Shown: one piece after another, positions 49,956 to 59,963 of the stretch
How positions within the stretch are numbered: the first letter of the stretch is position 1
Layout of the letters: every line of letters begins with the position of its first letter
Source of the DNA: an uncultured delta proteobacterium
GTDB taxonomy: Bacteria > Desulfobacterota > Binatia > Binatales > Binataceae
Length of the DNA: 64,000 bases
Direction: 5' to 3'
NCBI GenBank assembly: GCA_963724765.1
Contig: CAVRVY010000004.1
Location: forward strand, 992,001 to 1,056,000
Notes under the pieces: generated by a model
What the model was told of the DNA's origin: nothing
Databases searched by the model: none
The model's input: only the letters and a program-made list of their open reading frames with translations
Made by a program: the position numbers and the translations under genes

Positions 49956-51253
49956 TACTTCACTGAACTCCTGGTTTCGGACGCGTTCGGCTTCCGCGTC
50001 TTGCCGTTGGTCATTGGAGGCTCGAACGAAATCGGCGCCGGCATCGCCATCTCATTGGCCGGCAGGCGCTTGGGCGACCACTTGTCCTCGAAGCCGGTCC
50101 ACAGGTCGCGCATATGCGGCATCACTTCGCGCGCGAACAACTCGGTGCTCTTGCGCACCAGCTCGGGCGGCATCGAACCGATTTGCTGCAGGATCATCAG
50201 GTGGCCGCAGTTGAGGCTCTTGAGCGCCTCGCGCAGACGATCACGCACGGTGGCCGGCGAGCCGGCGATCACGTAACCGTCGTTGATGAAGTCCTTCCAG
50301 GTAAGGCCTTCGCGGGTGATCGAGGCGTTCTTGCCGACCTGGCCGGTCAGCCCCGCCTTGATCGTGCTGGGCGTGCGGTAGCCCGGCGCGTCGGCGAAGC
50401 CGGGATAGACGTGCAGGCAGCGATTGTAGAAGTAATCCATGTGCGAAGCGTAGTCGCGCTCGGCCTGCTCGTCGGTCTCCGAGACCGCAACTACCTGGGC
50501 GAAGCCGAGGCTGTAGGGATTGAGCTCCTTGCCCTTCTTCGCCATCACGTTCCAATATCCGTCGGCGACCTTCTTGCCGGCCTTGTAACCGAAGAACGAC
50601 AGGAACGAGTACTGGTAGTCGTGATCGGCGACGAAGTCCCAGGTCTCGACCGAGCCGCCGCCGGGAATCCAGACCGGCGGATGGGGCTGCTGGAGCGGCT
50701 TGGGCCACAAATTGACGTAGCGCAGCTTGGTGAACTTGCCGTTGAAGGAGAACTGATCCTTTTCCTTCCACGCGCGGATAATCAGATCGTGCGCCTCGAA
50801 GTACTTCTCGCGCAGCGTGGCCGGGACCTCGCCGTAGCAAAAGTTGGTGTCCATCGAGGTGCCGACTGGAAATCCGGCCACCAGGCGCCCGCCGCTCAGC
50901 ACGTCCAGCATCGCGAATTCCTCGGCCACCCGCACCGGCGGGTTGTACAGCGCGATCGAGTTGCCGAGCACGACCAGGTTGGCGTTATGCGTGCGCCGGG
51001 TCAGCGCCGCCGCCATGATATTCGGCGAGGGCATCATGCCGTAGGCGTTCTGATGATGCTCGTTGACGCCGAGGCCGTCGAAGCCCATGTGGTCGGCGAA
51101 CTCGAGCTGATCGAGGTAGTCGTTGTACAGCCGATGGCCGACCTTGGGATCGTAGAGGTCGCGCGGGATATCAACCCACACGCTGTGATACTTCTTCTTG
51201 AAGTCGTCGGGCAGGAAACGGTAGGGCATCAGGTGAAACCACGTAAATTTCAT
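49955..51253 (-). CDS. LLM-class flavin-dependent monooxygenase
   Basis: NEHH, PSPN, RVAEEFAMLD..SGGR, PKPLQQPHPP, GSPATV. Confidence 0.92.
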   Translation of the reverse strand: MKFTWFHLMPYRFLPDDFKKKYHSVWVDIPRDLYDPKVGHRLYNDYLDQLEFADHMGFDGLGVNEHHQNAYGMMPSPNIMAAALTRRTHNANLVVLGNSIALYNPPVRVAEEFAMLDVLSGGRLVAGFPVGTSMDTNFCYGEVPATLREKYFEAHDLIIRAWKEKDQFSFNGKFTKLRYVNLWPKPLQQPHPPVWIPGGGSVETWDFVADHDYQYSFLSFFGYKAGKKVADGYWNVMAKKGKELNPYSLGFAQVVAVSETDEQAERDYASHMDYFYNRCLHVYPGFADAPGYRTPSTIKAGLTGQVGKNASITREGLTWKDFINDGYVIAGSPATVRDRLREALKSLNCGHLMILQQIGSMPPELVRKSTELFAREVMPHMRDLWTGFEDKWSPKRLPANEMAMPAPISFEPPMTNGKTRKPNASETRSSVK

Positions 51254-51300
51254 AAGCCAATCTCCTTTGGAGAGTGCGGTCCTTATTTAATCATGCACGC

Positions 51301-52149
51301 CTAATCATCCAGCGGCGATATGCTCCGGCGCGTCTGCATCGTGCGCTCCGCCGCTCCGTCAGGTAGATCCGTGAAAGCGCCGCCGCGCCAAGTCTTGCCG
51401 ACCTTGCCAGCATTGACGCTGCGCCTCCCGCGCGCGGGCGGCGCTGACGGCAAGGGCAATGATTTGACCGGGCCGGCATTCGAGCGCCGGGGCCGCTGGG
51501 CAGCGGCCTCTGCGGCGGCCAGCTGGAACTCGAAGGTCTCCTCCAGCAACCGCGCCGCCTCGAGCCCGGTTATATCCCGGAAAATTTTCACGTCGTCCAT
51601 CAGCAGGAACGCGCCATTGAGCGCAGCCCATATCACGGTCGCCGCGCGCGTGGCGTCGGCGCTGGAGGTGCGCGCCCCGGTGGCGTTCAACCAGCGCTTG
51701 ACCGAATCGCGATAAAGCTCGAAGCACTCGCGGCCAAGCTTTCGGACTTGCTCGAAATGCTCCAGCTCTTCGGCGCGCGACAGGCGCAGCGACAGCTTGC
51801 TGAAGGTGACCGAGAGCTGGGCGAGGAACAGTCCGCGCGACTCGCGCAGGTAGTCGAAGTAGGCGTTGCCGATCGCGCGCACTTCGTCGCGCGGCTTGAG
51901 GCCGCGCGCATGGATTTCCAGATAGCGCTCGCGCAGCTTGCCAATCCGCCCGGCCATCAGACTGACGAAAAGATCGTCGCGCGAGAAGAAATAAAGATAG
52001 ATGGTCCCGACGGCGACCTCGGCCTGGCGCGCGACCATCTCGACCGTGGCGCCGTCGACGCCGTGCTCGGCGAAGACCTGCGCCGCGGCGGTGAGGATGG
52101 TCTCGCGCCGGGCGAGACGCTCGCGCTCCTTGCGCTCGCGAACGCTCAT
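51301..52149 (-). CDS. TetR/AcrR family regulator
   Basis: RERKERE..RR..IL.AA..VF...G....TVE.VA..AEVAVGTIYLYF. Confidence 0.9.
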   Translation of the reverse strand: MSVRERKERERLARRETILTAAAQVFAEHGVDGATVEMVARQAEVAVGTIYLYFFSRDDLFVSLMAGRIGKLRERYLEIHARGLKPRDEVRAIGNAYFDYLRESRGLFLAQLSVTFSKLSLRLSRAEELEHFEQVRKLGRECFELYRDSVKRWLNATGARTSSADATRAATVIWAALNGAFLLMDDVKIFRDITGLEAARLLEETFEFQLAAAEAAAQRPRRSNAGPVKSLPLPSAPPARGRRSVNAGKVGKTWRGGAFTDLPDGAAERTMQTRRSISPLDD

Positions 52150-52157
52150 ACTGTCTG

Positions 52158-52173
52158 CTGAATCTTCATTCAG
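52158..52173. promoter_or_regulatory. Probable TetR autoregulatory operator
   Basis: Palindrome CTGAAT-CTTC-ATTCAG 8 nt upstream of the TetR ATG; TTGACA on the minus strand at 52210-52215. Confidence 0.6.
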
Positions 52174-52342
52174 TTTCTGAAGCAGACTTCTACCGCCAAA
52201 CCATCCGAGTGTCAAACACCAGAAGACGCCCCTTGCCGTAACCAAGCAAGTCGCTGGCAGGCTGGCAAACAGAGGGGAATGAGGGTCGACCAACTAGGAT
52301 AAGGATCCTAAGCAATTCTAGGCCGCGCGGGCCGAATCGATT

Positions 52343-52490
52343 GCCGCCAACCGCGAGTTTATCCAAGGAATCGCGACTCGCTAAAGCGCCTCTATCGCCA
52401 CGGCGACGACATCACCATTTTCGGCGGCTTCGGCGGCCTGGAGCGCGGATGGGCCGAGACTGGGCCGCGCCTCGATTGGGCGACGCCTCG
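52343..52490 (+). pseudogene. Fragment of an NTF2/SnoaL-like (YybH-type) gene
   Basis: AANREFIQG / LKRLYRHGDDITIFGGFGGLERGWAETGPRLDWA across a frameshift; no start, truncated. Confidence 0.55.
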
Positions 52491-52657
52491 TGCATCGGCA
52501 TGCTGATCCGCTGGTCGAGCGCCGCAAGCCGTCTTGAGCGTCTCTCGCACCCTCTCGCGGTACTATCTTTATCTGACAACTAGGAGGAACGTAGGCAAAC
52601 TCGAGTTTGGCCGCACCGGTGAGGGGCAGATCGTTTCCGGCAGAACGGAGGCGCATC

Positions 52658-54082
52658 ATGGCTGATCAGCAGGTGACCACGACGCGAGGCGCCAGCCTCA
52701 CAACCGCCGTTCTCAAGGAATCCACCATCCAGGACTTTAAAGCCAGCCTGCGGGGAGCGCTGCTGCGCCCCGCAGAGACGGGCTATGATGATGCGCGCAG
52801 GATCTGGAACGGAATGATCGACAAGCGGCCCGCGCTGATTGCGCGCTGCCGTGGAGTTGCCGACGTCATCAACTCCGTCCGCTTCGCTCGCACGCACGAT
52901 CTTCTGGTGGCTGTGCGAGGTGGAGGCCACAACGTCGCCGGCAACGCGGTATGCGACGGCGGGCTGATGATCGATTTGTCGCCGATGAAAGACGTGCGAG
53001 TCGATTCTGCACGCTGCACAGCCTCAGCCGCGTCCGGCCTTATCTGGGGAGAGTTCGACCACGCGACGCAAGCCTTCGGTCTGGCCACTACCGGGGGCCA
53101 GATCTCTACGACCGGTATCGCCGGCCTTACCCTCGGCGGCGGATGGGGCTACCTGGCGCGCCGGCACGGTCTGACCTGCGACAACTTGCTCTCGGTCGAT
53201 CTCGTAACGGCCGACGGCGAACTCCTCACCGCCAGCGCCACTGACCACGCGGACCTCTTCTGGGGCATGCGGGGCGGCGGTGGGAATTTTGGCGTCGCCA
53301 CTTCATTTGAGTATCAACTCCATCCGGTTGGCTCGGTGCTGGCCGGCATCGTGGCCTACCCCATCGCCAAAGCAACCGAGACTCTCAGGTTCTTCCGTGA
53401 GGTCACCGGTGCGGCGCCCGATGAACTGGCCTCCGCGATCATTCTTGTCACGTTTCCGGACGGGACTCCGGTCGTCGCAATGGTCGTCTGTTACAATGGG
53501 CCAGTGGAGGAAGGGAAGCGGGTCCTGAAACCTCTCAGAACAATCGGCTCGCCGCTGATGGATCAGATTAACTCCATGCCTTACGCGGCGGCGCAGAAGC
53601 TGATCGACGGTTTTTATCCGCCCGGGCTCCAGAATTACTGGAAATCGAGCCTCCTGACGGAAATCAGCGATAAGGCGATAGACACCATGGTGGCGCACTG
53701 CGCCAGGCGGCCCTCGCCGATGTGCCACGGGCTAATCGAACATCAGCTAGGCGGTGCGGTGAGCCGCGTGGACCACGAGGCAACCGCGTTCAATCATCGG
53801 GATGTACAGTACAGCTTTATGAGTATTGGGGAATGCGCTACTTCGGCCGAGGCCCCGAGTTGCGTGCGATGGTCACGCGAGTTCTGGGCCGCGATGCAAC
53901 CATACTCGACCGGCAGCGTGTATGTTAACTATCTGGGCCAGGAGGCCGACGAAGGCCCCGACCGGATTAGGGCCGCCTATGGCACCGAGAAATACCAACG
54001 TCTCGTGGCGTTGAAGAACAAGTACGACCCAACCAACTTGTTCCGGCTGAACCAGAACATCAGGCCGAGCGTGGCTGCTTAG
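52658..54082 (+). CDS. FAD-binding oxidoreductase (FAD_binding_4 + BBE; 6-hydroxy-D-nicotine oxidase-like)
   Basis: WNGMIDKRP, RGGGHN, TLGGG.G, RGGGGNFGV, YVNY, KYDP.N.FR.NQNI. Confidence 0.92.
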   Translation: MADQQVTTTRGASLTTAVLKESTIQDFKASLRGALLRPAETGYDDARRIWNGMIDKRPALIARCRGVADVINSVRFARTHDLLVAVRGGGHNVAGNAVCDGGLMIDLSPMKDVRVDSARCTASAASGLIWGEFDHATQAFGLATTGGQISTTGIAGLTLGGGWGYLARRHGLTCDNLLSVDLVTADGELLTASATDHADLFWGMRGGGGNFGVATSFEYQLHPVGSVLAGIVAYPIAKATETLRFFREVTGAAPDELASAIILVTFPDGTPVVAMVVCYNGPVEEGKRVLKPLRTIGSPLMDQINSMPYAAAQKLIDGFYPPGLQNYWKSSLLTEISDKAIDTMVAHCARRPSPMCHGLIEHQLGGAVSRVDHEATAFNHRDVQYSFMSIGECATSAEAPSCVRWSREFWAAMQPYSTGSVYVNYLGQEADEGPDRIRAAYGTEKYQRLVALKNKYDPTNLFRLNQNIRPSVAA

Positions 54083-54103
54083 ATCGGCACTAACAACTCA
54101 CGC

Positions 54104-55594
54104 CTAGCGATGGAATTCCTCCAGCTTGCTGATGTCGAACAGCTTGTCGACGTGATTGACGTCGGCATCGGGATAGCCGCCGCCGAACGCGGGAAAGATC
54201 GTGGCGCGCTTGTTGTCGTAGTCAACCGCGACCAGCCCCTGGAGTCCGGCCGCCTGCACGCCATGGTTGAGCTCGGCCCAATGTTCGTAGTCCTCACTCC
54301 AGCGGAGCGTGTAGGTGAGCGACTTGAACAGGTTCTGTTTGCGGTCGAACATCAGCGCCATCCAGGGGTGCCAGTCCTCGGCGTCCCAGAACATGATCAC
54401 GCTGCTGTAGGGATGGTGCTGTTCTTTGGGCGTGCGCTCGACCACCGCGAAGCGCCGTACCGACCATACGTCGTCGGGCACGATGCCGTTGGGACCGTAG
54501 TAGTGTGGATAGTCGTATTTGGAATCCATCACGCACAGCAGGTTGCGCCAGCCGAGGAACTTGAAGTTCCAGCGCACGGGGCGGGCGGAAAAGGTGTTGA
54601 AGTCCTCCTCGGTCTGTTCGGTTCCGACCAATGAATCCGATTTGACCTCGACCGAGATGCGCCGCACGCGCCGCAATTGCGGATCGTACGCCCACGCGTC
54701 ATCGCTGCGGTACGGATCGTTGTAGCGATAGGTGATGAACACCTGGCCGCGCACGTCGTAGGGCTCGAAGAAGCCCTCGAACTCCTTCCAGAAATATTCC
54801 TTGGCGTCAGGCACCGGCAGCACGCCGCCCTCGGCGGCGCGCTGCGCCAGGTGGCTATAATAGGTACGCTGGTAGAAGCTGCTGAGCGTCTTGCCGAAGG
54901 TGCCGCCGCCGCCGAAGTACTTGGCCGCATCGGTCGGCATTGTGCTCTGGAAATGCTGCCCGCCGGTCCAGGTGACCGGCGGCGATTCGATTACGTTGGG
55001 CGCGGAGCCCTCATGACTGCCGCCGAAGCCGTCAAAGATGAACATGAAATTGAGATCGAGCGGCCCGTAATTCTGCCAGCGGTACTCGAAATTCCAGACC
55101 GCCTTTTGTCCTGATCGCGGATCGGCGGGGTCAAGCGACGCATTCGAGAAGGGCTGGCCGCAGACGTAGTTGTCGACCGTGCCGTCGCTCTTGAGCTTCA
55201 CCTGCGCCTGGTACTTCTCGGTGCAGTCGGCGTAGTCCTTGCGCGGCATGTGGCTGCGCGCCGCCACGATCTCCATCCTGAGCTGGGGAAAGTTGAGCTG
55301 GTCGACGTAGACGGGTGGCACGAACGGACGTATCCGCTCCAGGTCCTTGACGGTCAGGACGTCGCCGGGCTTGAAGTCGGGCTTGGCGGTCGCGTTCTGA
55401 GTGAGCCACTGCTGCACGGTTTGCCGGGTCGCCGGAGCGGCCTGCGCGGCGGCCGTCGCGGCGCTCACGGCGCATCCGGCCACGAAAACAAGCGCAAACG
55501 TCAGCGCGCGCATGGCCCGCGGGCGAAATCCTCCAGCGTACGCAAATCCTGCCGACCGCCAGCCGACGCTGCTCATCCGAAATTCTCTCGTCAC
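54104..55594 (-). CDS. DUF1329 family periplasmic protein (start uncertain)
   Basis: Signal peptide, GQPF, P.DVRG, DD.WAY.P.LRRVRR, HPYS...FWD.E. Confidence 0.82.
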   Translation of the reverse strand: MTREFRMSSVGWRSAGFAYAGGFRPRAMRALTFALVFVAGCAVSAATAAAQAAPATRQTVQQWLTQNATAKPDFKPGDVLTVKDLERIRPFVPPVYVDQLNFPQLRMEIVAARSHMPRKDYADCTEKYQAQVKLKSDGTVDNYVCGQPFSNASLDPADPRSGQKAVWNFEYRWQNYGPLDLNFMFIFDGFGGSHEGSAPNVIESPPVTWTGGQHFQSTMPTDAAKYFGGGGTFGKTLSSFYQRTYYSHLAQRAAEGGVLPVPDAKEYFWKEFEGFFEPYDVRGQVFITYRYNDPYRSDDAWAYDPQLRRVRRISVEVKSDSLVGTEQTEEDFNTFSARPVRWNFKFLGWRNLLCVMDSKYDYPHYYGPNGIVPDDVWSVRRFAVVERTPKEQHHPYSSVIMFWDAEDWHPWMALMFDRKQNLFKSLTYTLRWSEDYEHWAELNHGVQAAGLQGLVAVDYDNKRATIFPAFGGGYPDADVNHVDKLFDISKLEEFHR

Positions 55595-55860
55595 TTAGCC
55601 ATTCTCCTTCGATGCAAACCGATCGGAACAATTCAATCCATCTAATCCGTATCGCGCCGCGCGTCCAGCGGAACGCGGCAGACCATCGCGAAGGCCTACG
55701 CGAAATTAGCGCGTGGCTTTCCGCCTCATCACGCCGATTATAAAGTGGTGATGCGGCCGAAACGCGAATCAACATACATGGTTCAAAGAAATCGCCGCGA
55801 GCTTCTTTATCTGAACGGCGATTACCGGAGCTTGGCGCAAGGCTGCGTGGAGAGACCCAG

Positions 55861-56292
55861 GTGAAGCAGAAGCTGCAGGAAGACCTCAGGGCGTCGATGA
55901 AGAGCGGCGATAAGTTGCGCACCATGACGCTGCGCGGCGTGTTGGCCGAAATCACGCGGGTCGAAAAGGACGTCCGGCGCGAAGCCAACGAGACCGAGAT
56001 CGTTCAGATCATCAAGCGCGAGCGGGCGCGCCGCGATGAAACGCTGGGCTTCGCGCTCCAAGGCGGACGCGCCGACCTGGTCGCGCAAAACGAGGAGGAG
56101 GCGCGGGTACTCGACTCCTACCTGCCGGCGGCGCTTGACGAGAACGAGTTGCGCGCGGCGATCGCCGAGCAGGTCGCGGCCGGGGTGAAACAGGTGGGTC
56201 CGTTGATGAAGGCGCTCAAGGAGCGCTTCGGAGCGCAGCTCGACGGACGGGTCGCGAGTCAGCTGGTCAAGGAGGCGCTCGCGCCCAAATGA
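55861..56292 (+). CDS. GatB/YqeY domain protein
   Basis: L..DLRASMKS.D, GRADL, E..VL.SYLP, G..MK, DG...SQLVK. Confidence 0.9.
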   Translation: MKQKLQEDLRASMKSGDKLRTMTLRGVLAEITRVEKDVRREANETEIVQIIKRERARRDETLGFALQGGRADLVAQNEEEARVLDSYLPAALDENELRAAIAEQVAAGVKQVGPLMKALKERFGAQLDGRVASQLVKEALAPK

Positions 56293-56334
56293 ACGGCCGG
56301 CTGGTGAGCGGCTATCTTCAGGAGATGGCGGGAC

Positions 56335-57525
56335 ATGGCGCAGGGTAAAATCGAACCGTTTAAGATCGAGGTCTCCGACGAGGTGCTGACCGACCTCCGC
56401 GCGCGCCTGGAGCGCACGCGCTTGCCCGACGAAGTGCCCGGCTCGGCGTGGGACTATGGCGCCAACCTCGCCTACCTGCGCGAGCTTATCGAGTACTGGC
56501 GCACGCGCTACGACTGGCGCGCGCACGAACGCGAGCTCAACCGCTTTGCGCACTTCCGCGCCGAAGCCGGCGGCGAGGACCTTCACTTCATCCACGAGCG
56601 CGGACGCGGCCCTAACCCCAAGCCGCTGCTGCTGCTGCACGGATGGCCGGGGTCGGTGTACGAGTTCATGGATCTGATCCCGCGGCTGACCGATCCGGCG
56701 GCGCACGGCGGCGACGCGCGCGACTCATTCACGGTGGTCGCACCGTCGCTGCCGGGCTACGGCTTTTCCGCCCATCCGCGCACGCGCGCGATGAACATCC
56801 AGGCCATCGCCGACATCATGTTTAAGCTGATGAACGGGGCGCTCGGCTACGATCGTTTCGGCGCGCAGGGGGGAGATTGGGGCGCGGCGATAACCTCGCG
56901 CCTGGGCGAAGTCTACGGCCAGCATCTCTACGGCATCCACATCAACATGGTCGCGGTGGGAGCAGCCGAGGGGCGGCGCCCGGCCGAACTGAACGACGCG
57001 GAGAAAGTCTTTCTCGGCGACCTCGAACGTTTTCGCCGCGACGAGACCGGCTATCAATGGATCCAGGGCACCAAGCCGCAGACCCTGGCGTACGCGCTCA
57101 ACGACTCGCCGGCGGGGCTTGCGGCATGGATCGTCGAGAAGTTCCGCACCTGGAGCGATTGCCACGGCAACATCGAGCGCCGCTTCAGCAAGGATCAGTT
57201 GCTGACCAACGTGATGATCTACTGGGTGACGGGAACGATAAATTCATCGACGCGGCTGTACTACGAGGCGCGCCATCATCCGTGGCATCTGAAGCCCGAC
57301 ACGCGAATCGAAACGCCGACGGCGGTCGCCAATTTCCCCGCCGAGCTGATGCGGCCGCCGCGGAGCTGGGCCGAGCGCGCCTACAATATCGTGCGCTGGA
57401 CGGTGATGCCGTCGGGCGGCCATTTCGCTGCAATGGAAGAGCCGGCGCTGCTCGCCGACGACATCCGCGCATTCTTCCGCGAGCTGAGCCGTTCTTCCGC
57501 GAGCGGAGATAAGAGCGCGCGCTAA
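56335..57525 (+). CDS. Epoxide hydrolase (EHN + alpha/beta hydrolase)
   Basis: PFKI...L.DLR.RL, YDWR..E..LN, HGWPGS, QGGDWG, DSPAGL, GGHFAA.E. Confidence 0.94.
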   Translation: MAQGKIEPFKIEVSDEVLTDLRARLERTRLPDEVPGSAWDYGANLAYLRELIEYWRTRYDWRAHERELNRFAHFRAEAGGEDLHFIHERGRGPNPKPLLLLHGWPGSVYEFMDLIPRLTDPAAHGGDARDSFTVVAPSLPGYGFSAHPRTRAMNIQAIADIMFKLMNGALGYDRFGAQGGDWGAAITSRLGEVYGQHLYGIHINMVAVGAAEGRRPAELNDAEKVFLGDLERFRRDETGYQWIQGTKPQTLAYALNDSPAGLAAWIVEKFRTWSDCHGNIERRFSKDQLLTNVMIYWVTGTINSSTRLYYEARHHPWHLKPDTRIETPTAVANFPAELMRPPRSWAERAYNIVRWTVMPSGGHFAAMEEPALLADDIRAFFRELSRSSASGDKSAR

Positions 57526-57555
57526 GCCAAAGCGATCGCGACCGGGCGTGCTCGA

Positions 57556-58512
57556 TCAGGGAAAGGTCCGGGGGTAGCCGTAGGACGGCGCGTAAGGCGC
57601 CGCCCCATAGGGGTTGTAGGGCATGCTGCCATACGGCGTACTGCCATAGGGGCTGTATGGCGATCCGTACGGAGAGGCGCCATAGGGCGATCCGCCGTAC
57701 GGCGAGCCGTAGGTCGGCGGATAACCGCCGCCGCCCATCCCAAAGCTGCTGCCGCTGCCCACGCCCAGCATGCCGATCAGCGGCACGATCGCGGTCAGCG
57801 CGCTCGGGCTCGGTTGACTGCTCTGCATGTATTGACGCTGCTGTTGGGCCTGCTGCGTCTGGTCCTCGTAGCTCTGTACGCTGCCGAGCTCATTGCCGGA
57901 AGATCCAGACGTCCCGGAAGCCCCGGTCGAACCATAGGCGCCCGACGCGCCGCCCTGCGGCATAGCCGGCGCCGAGCCGCTCGCACCCGAGGCGAGCTCG
58001 GGCCGCACGGCGATTCGGTTGATCACCGGGGCATTGGGGTTATGCAAATACTGGCGCGCCTTGTCCGCCGCGTCCTGCTTGCCGAAGTCGCTCGCCACGA
58101 AGCCATAAAGGATGATTTGCCGATTGCCACTATCGTTGGTCAGCACTTGCGCGCCGACCAGCGGGAGACGATGGCTCTGTAGATAGCTCGTGAGTGTACC
58201 GCTCTGAGCGGTGTCGTTGGTGTAGCCCGGCGGGACCGCGCCACCGTCGGCGGGGTCATTCGCGCCATAACCCCTCGGAGCGGCCGCCGCCGCGGCGCCG
58301 GCGGAACTATAACTGCTCGACGAAGAACCGTTGGAGGAATAGCCGCTGCTGGAGGAAAAGCTCGTCGGCGGCATTCCAGCGCCGAACGAAAGACCGCTTG
58401 ACGAAGAGGTGCTCGAGGTCGGCACCGTCATGCAAGCCGACATCGCGATCGCGCCGAGGCTGCATAACATCATAGCGGCGATCCACACGATGCGACTCAT
58501 AGGATCGATCAT
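57556..58512 (-). CDS. Putative lipoprotein with BON-like core and Ser/Gly and SPYG low-complexity regions
   Basis: Lipobox-like MSAC; core LPLVGAQV...LYGFVASDFGK.DA...VINRI.V; tail (SPYG)n. Confidence 0.7.
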   Translation of the reverse strand: MIDPMSRIVWIAAMMLCSLGAIAMSACMTVPTSSTSSSSGLSFGAGMPPTSFSSSSGYSSNGSSSSSYSSAGAAAAAAPRGYGANDPADGGAVPPGYTNDTAQSGTLTSYLQSHRLPLVGAQVLTNDSGNRQIILYGFVASDFGKQDAADKARQYLHNPNAPVINRIAVRPELASGASGSAPAMPQGGASGAYGSTGASGTSGSSGNELGSVQSYEDQTQQAQQQRQYMQSSQPSPSALTAIVPLIGMLGVGSGSSFGMGGGGYPPTYGSPYGGSPYGASPYGSPYSPYGSTPYGSMPYNPYGAAPYAPSYGYPRTFP

Positions 58513-58628
58513 ATTCCCGCGGCACCGTTTCGCAATAGGCGCAAATCCGCGCCGCCCGCACGGCAGCCCACTCGGAACTTAGTCGAACTTGGTCAACCGC
58601 CGCGCACCGTGCTAGCCTCGTCGGCGCA

Positions 58629-59204
58629 GTGAGCCAAGCGATGAAACCGGTTCAGTATTTGAGGCGTTCGCACGGGTGGACGGCCGCAGCGAGCGCTTTC
58701 TTGCTCGCGGGCTGCGCCGGTGTCGCGGCCGGATGCTTCACGGACAAGCGCCCGACTCAAGTGATGGTCACGCCTGTCACGACCGCCATCCACCCGGCCA
58801 AGCCTCCTGACTGCGACATGCCGGTCCTCACCACGGAGCCGACGGTGGCCTATGAGCAGGTCGCTATCGTCGAGGCGTGGGCCGACGTCAATGAGGAGCC
58901 GGCCAAGGTGCTGCCTGAACTCAGGCGTCAGGCGTGCGCTACCGGCGCCGAGGCGCTATTGATCGTCGGCGGCAAGAAGCAGGATGTGAAGTCGCTGCTC
59001 TACGGCGTCACGCCCAACGAGAGTGAAACCAAGGTCACCGCGGCAAACCGTACTCCCAACCAGGCTGGAGATTACATCAATAGCATGCAGTATAAGCCGA
59101 AGGTCGGAGAACAAGGGCATACCGGCTACTACATCGAGGCTCTCGCGATCGACTATGCGGCGGGCGCCAACACCGCCGCCGCGGGCCGGCCCTCCAAACC
59201 ATAG
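58629..59204 (+). CDS. Hypothetical lipoprotein
   Basis: LAGC/AAGC lipobox; P..AYEQVAIVE...LRRQACATGAEAL. Confidence 0.65.
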   Translation: MSQAMKPVQYLRRSHGWTAAASAFLLAGCAGVAAGCFTDKRPTQVMVTPVTTAIHPAKPPDCDMPVLTTEPTVAYEQVAIVEAWADVNEEPAKVLPELRRQACATGAEALLIVGGKKQDVKSLLYGVTPNESETKVTAANRTPNQAGDYINSMQYKPKVGEQGHTGYYIEALAIDYAAGANTAAAGRPSKP

Positions 59205-59225
59205 CGGGCTGCTAATGCGCGCGGA

Positions 59226-59963
59226 TTATTGAGAACCGTTCTGCGCCGAATCAGGCGTGACATTGAATCTGACCAACTCGACCCGATCCATCTCAGGACC
59301 TGTGGGACCGCCTTCGAGCGCCACCGTCTTTATCAGGCCGACGTTGGGCGCGTACCAATCGAGATAGGTGAGCTGCAGATGTTGTTTCTTCTGAGCGTAC
59401 ATCCCGCCCTGATAAGTGGCCTGGGTCTCGATACGGATGCAATTGTTGAAATGGCCCGCGGGCGTTTCGATCTGCTTGGTCTCGGCGAAGGTCCGATGAT
59501 TCTGGTTGATGTTGAAGGACCCGGAGAGATGTCCGTACGGAAAAATGACGTTGGTCCAGGTTAGATTTGGCGCAAGCTGCAGCGGCAGAAACTGAGCCTC
59601 TTCGGAGCGCCCCCATGATGGCGCCATTATGGTCTTCTGGTCGTAGTCGAGCGCGGACAGCCGCGCTATAAAACCGTCCTTGGCGTAATACACCAGCGGG
59701 CGAGTGCCGCCCCGCGCGAGGCTATAGGACTCGTCAACCACCGATCCGGTGAGCTTGAGGGCGGGGACATACTTCACACCGATCACCCGATCGGTGATCT
59801 GGTACTGAGTGCCTTGGCTCTTGGCGAAGATCTGGTAGGTCCAGGTCGAATTTGGCGTTAGCGGGAAATAATTGGTTCCCGATCCGATCCCGCCCGATTT
59901 GCAACCTCCAAGTGGCGCTATCGCCAGCGCGACAACCACTACCAGGCCAACCAATCGGCTCAT
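59226..59963 (-). CDS. Hypothetical lipoprotein (DUF3108/TapB-like beta-rich)
   Basis: LGGC lipobox, YFPL...WTY, ETPAG.F.NC, WYAPNVGLIK. Confidence 0.7.
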   Translation of the reverse strand: MSRLVGLVVVVALAIAPLGGCKSGGIGSGTNYFPLTPNSTWTYQIFAKSQGTQYQITDRVIGVKYVPALKLTGSVVDESYSLARGGTRPLVYYAKDGFIARLSALDYDQKTIMAPSWGRSEEAQFLPLQLAPNLTWTNVIFPYGHLSGSFNINQNHRTFAETKQIETPAGHFNNCIRIETQATYQGGMYAQKKQHLQLTYLDWYAPNVGLIKTVALEGGPTGPEMDRVELVRFNVTPDSAQNGSQ

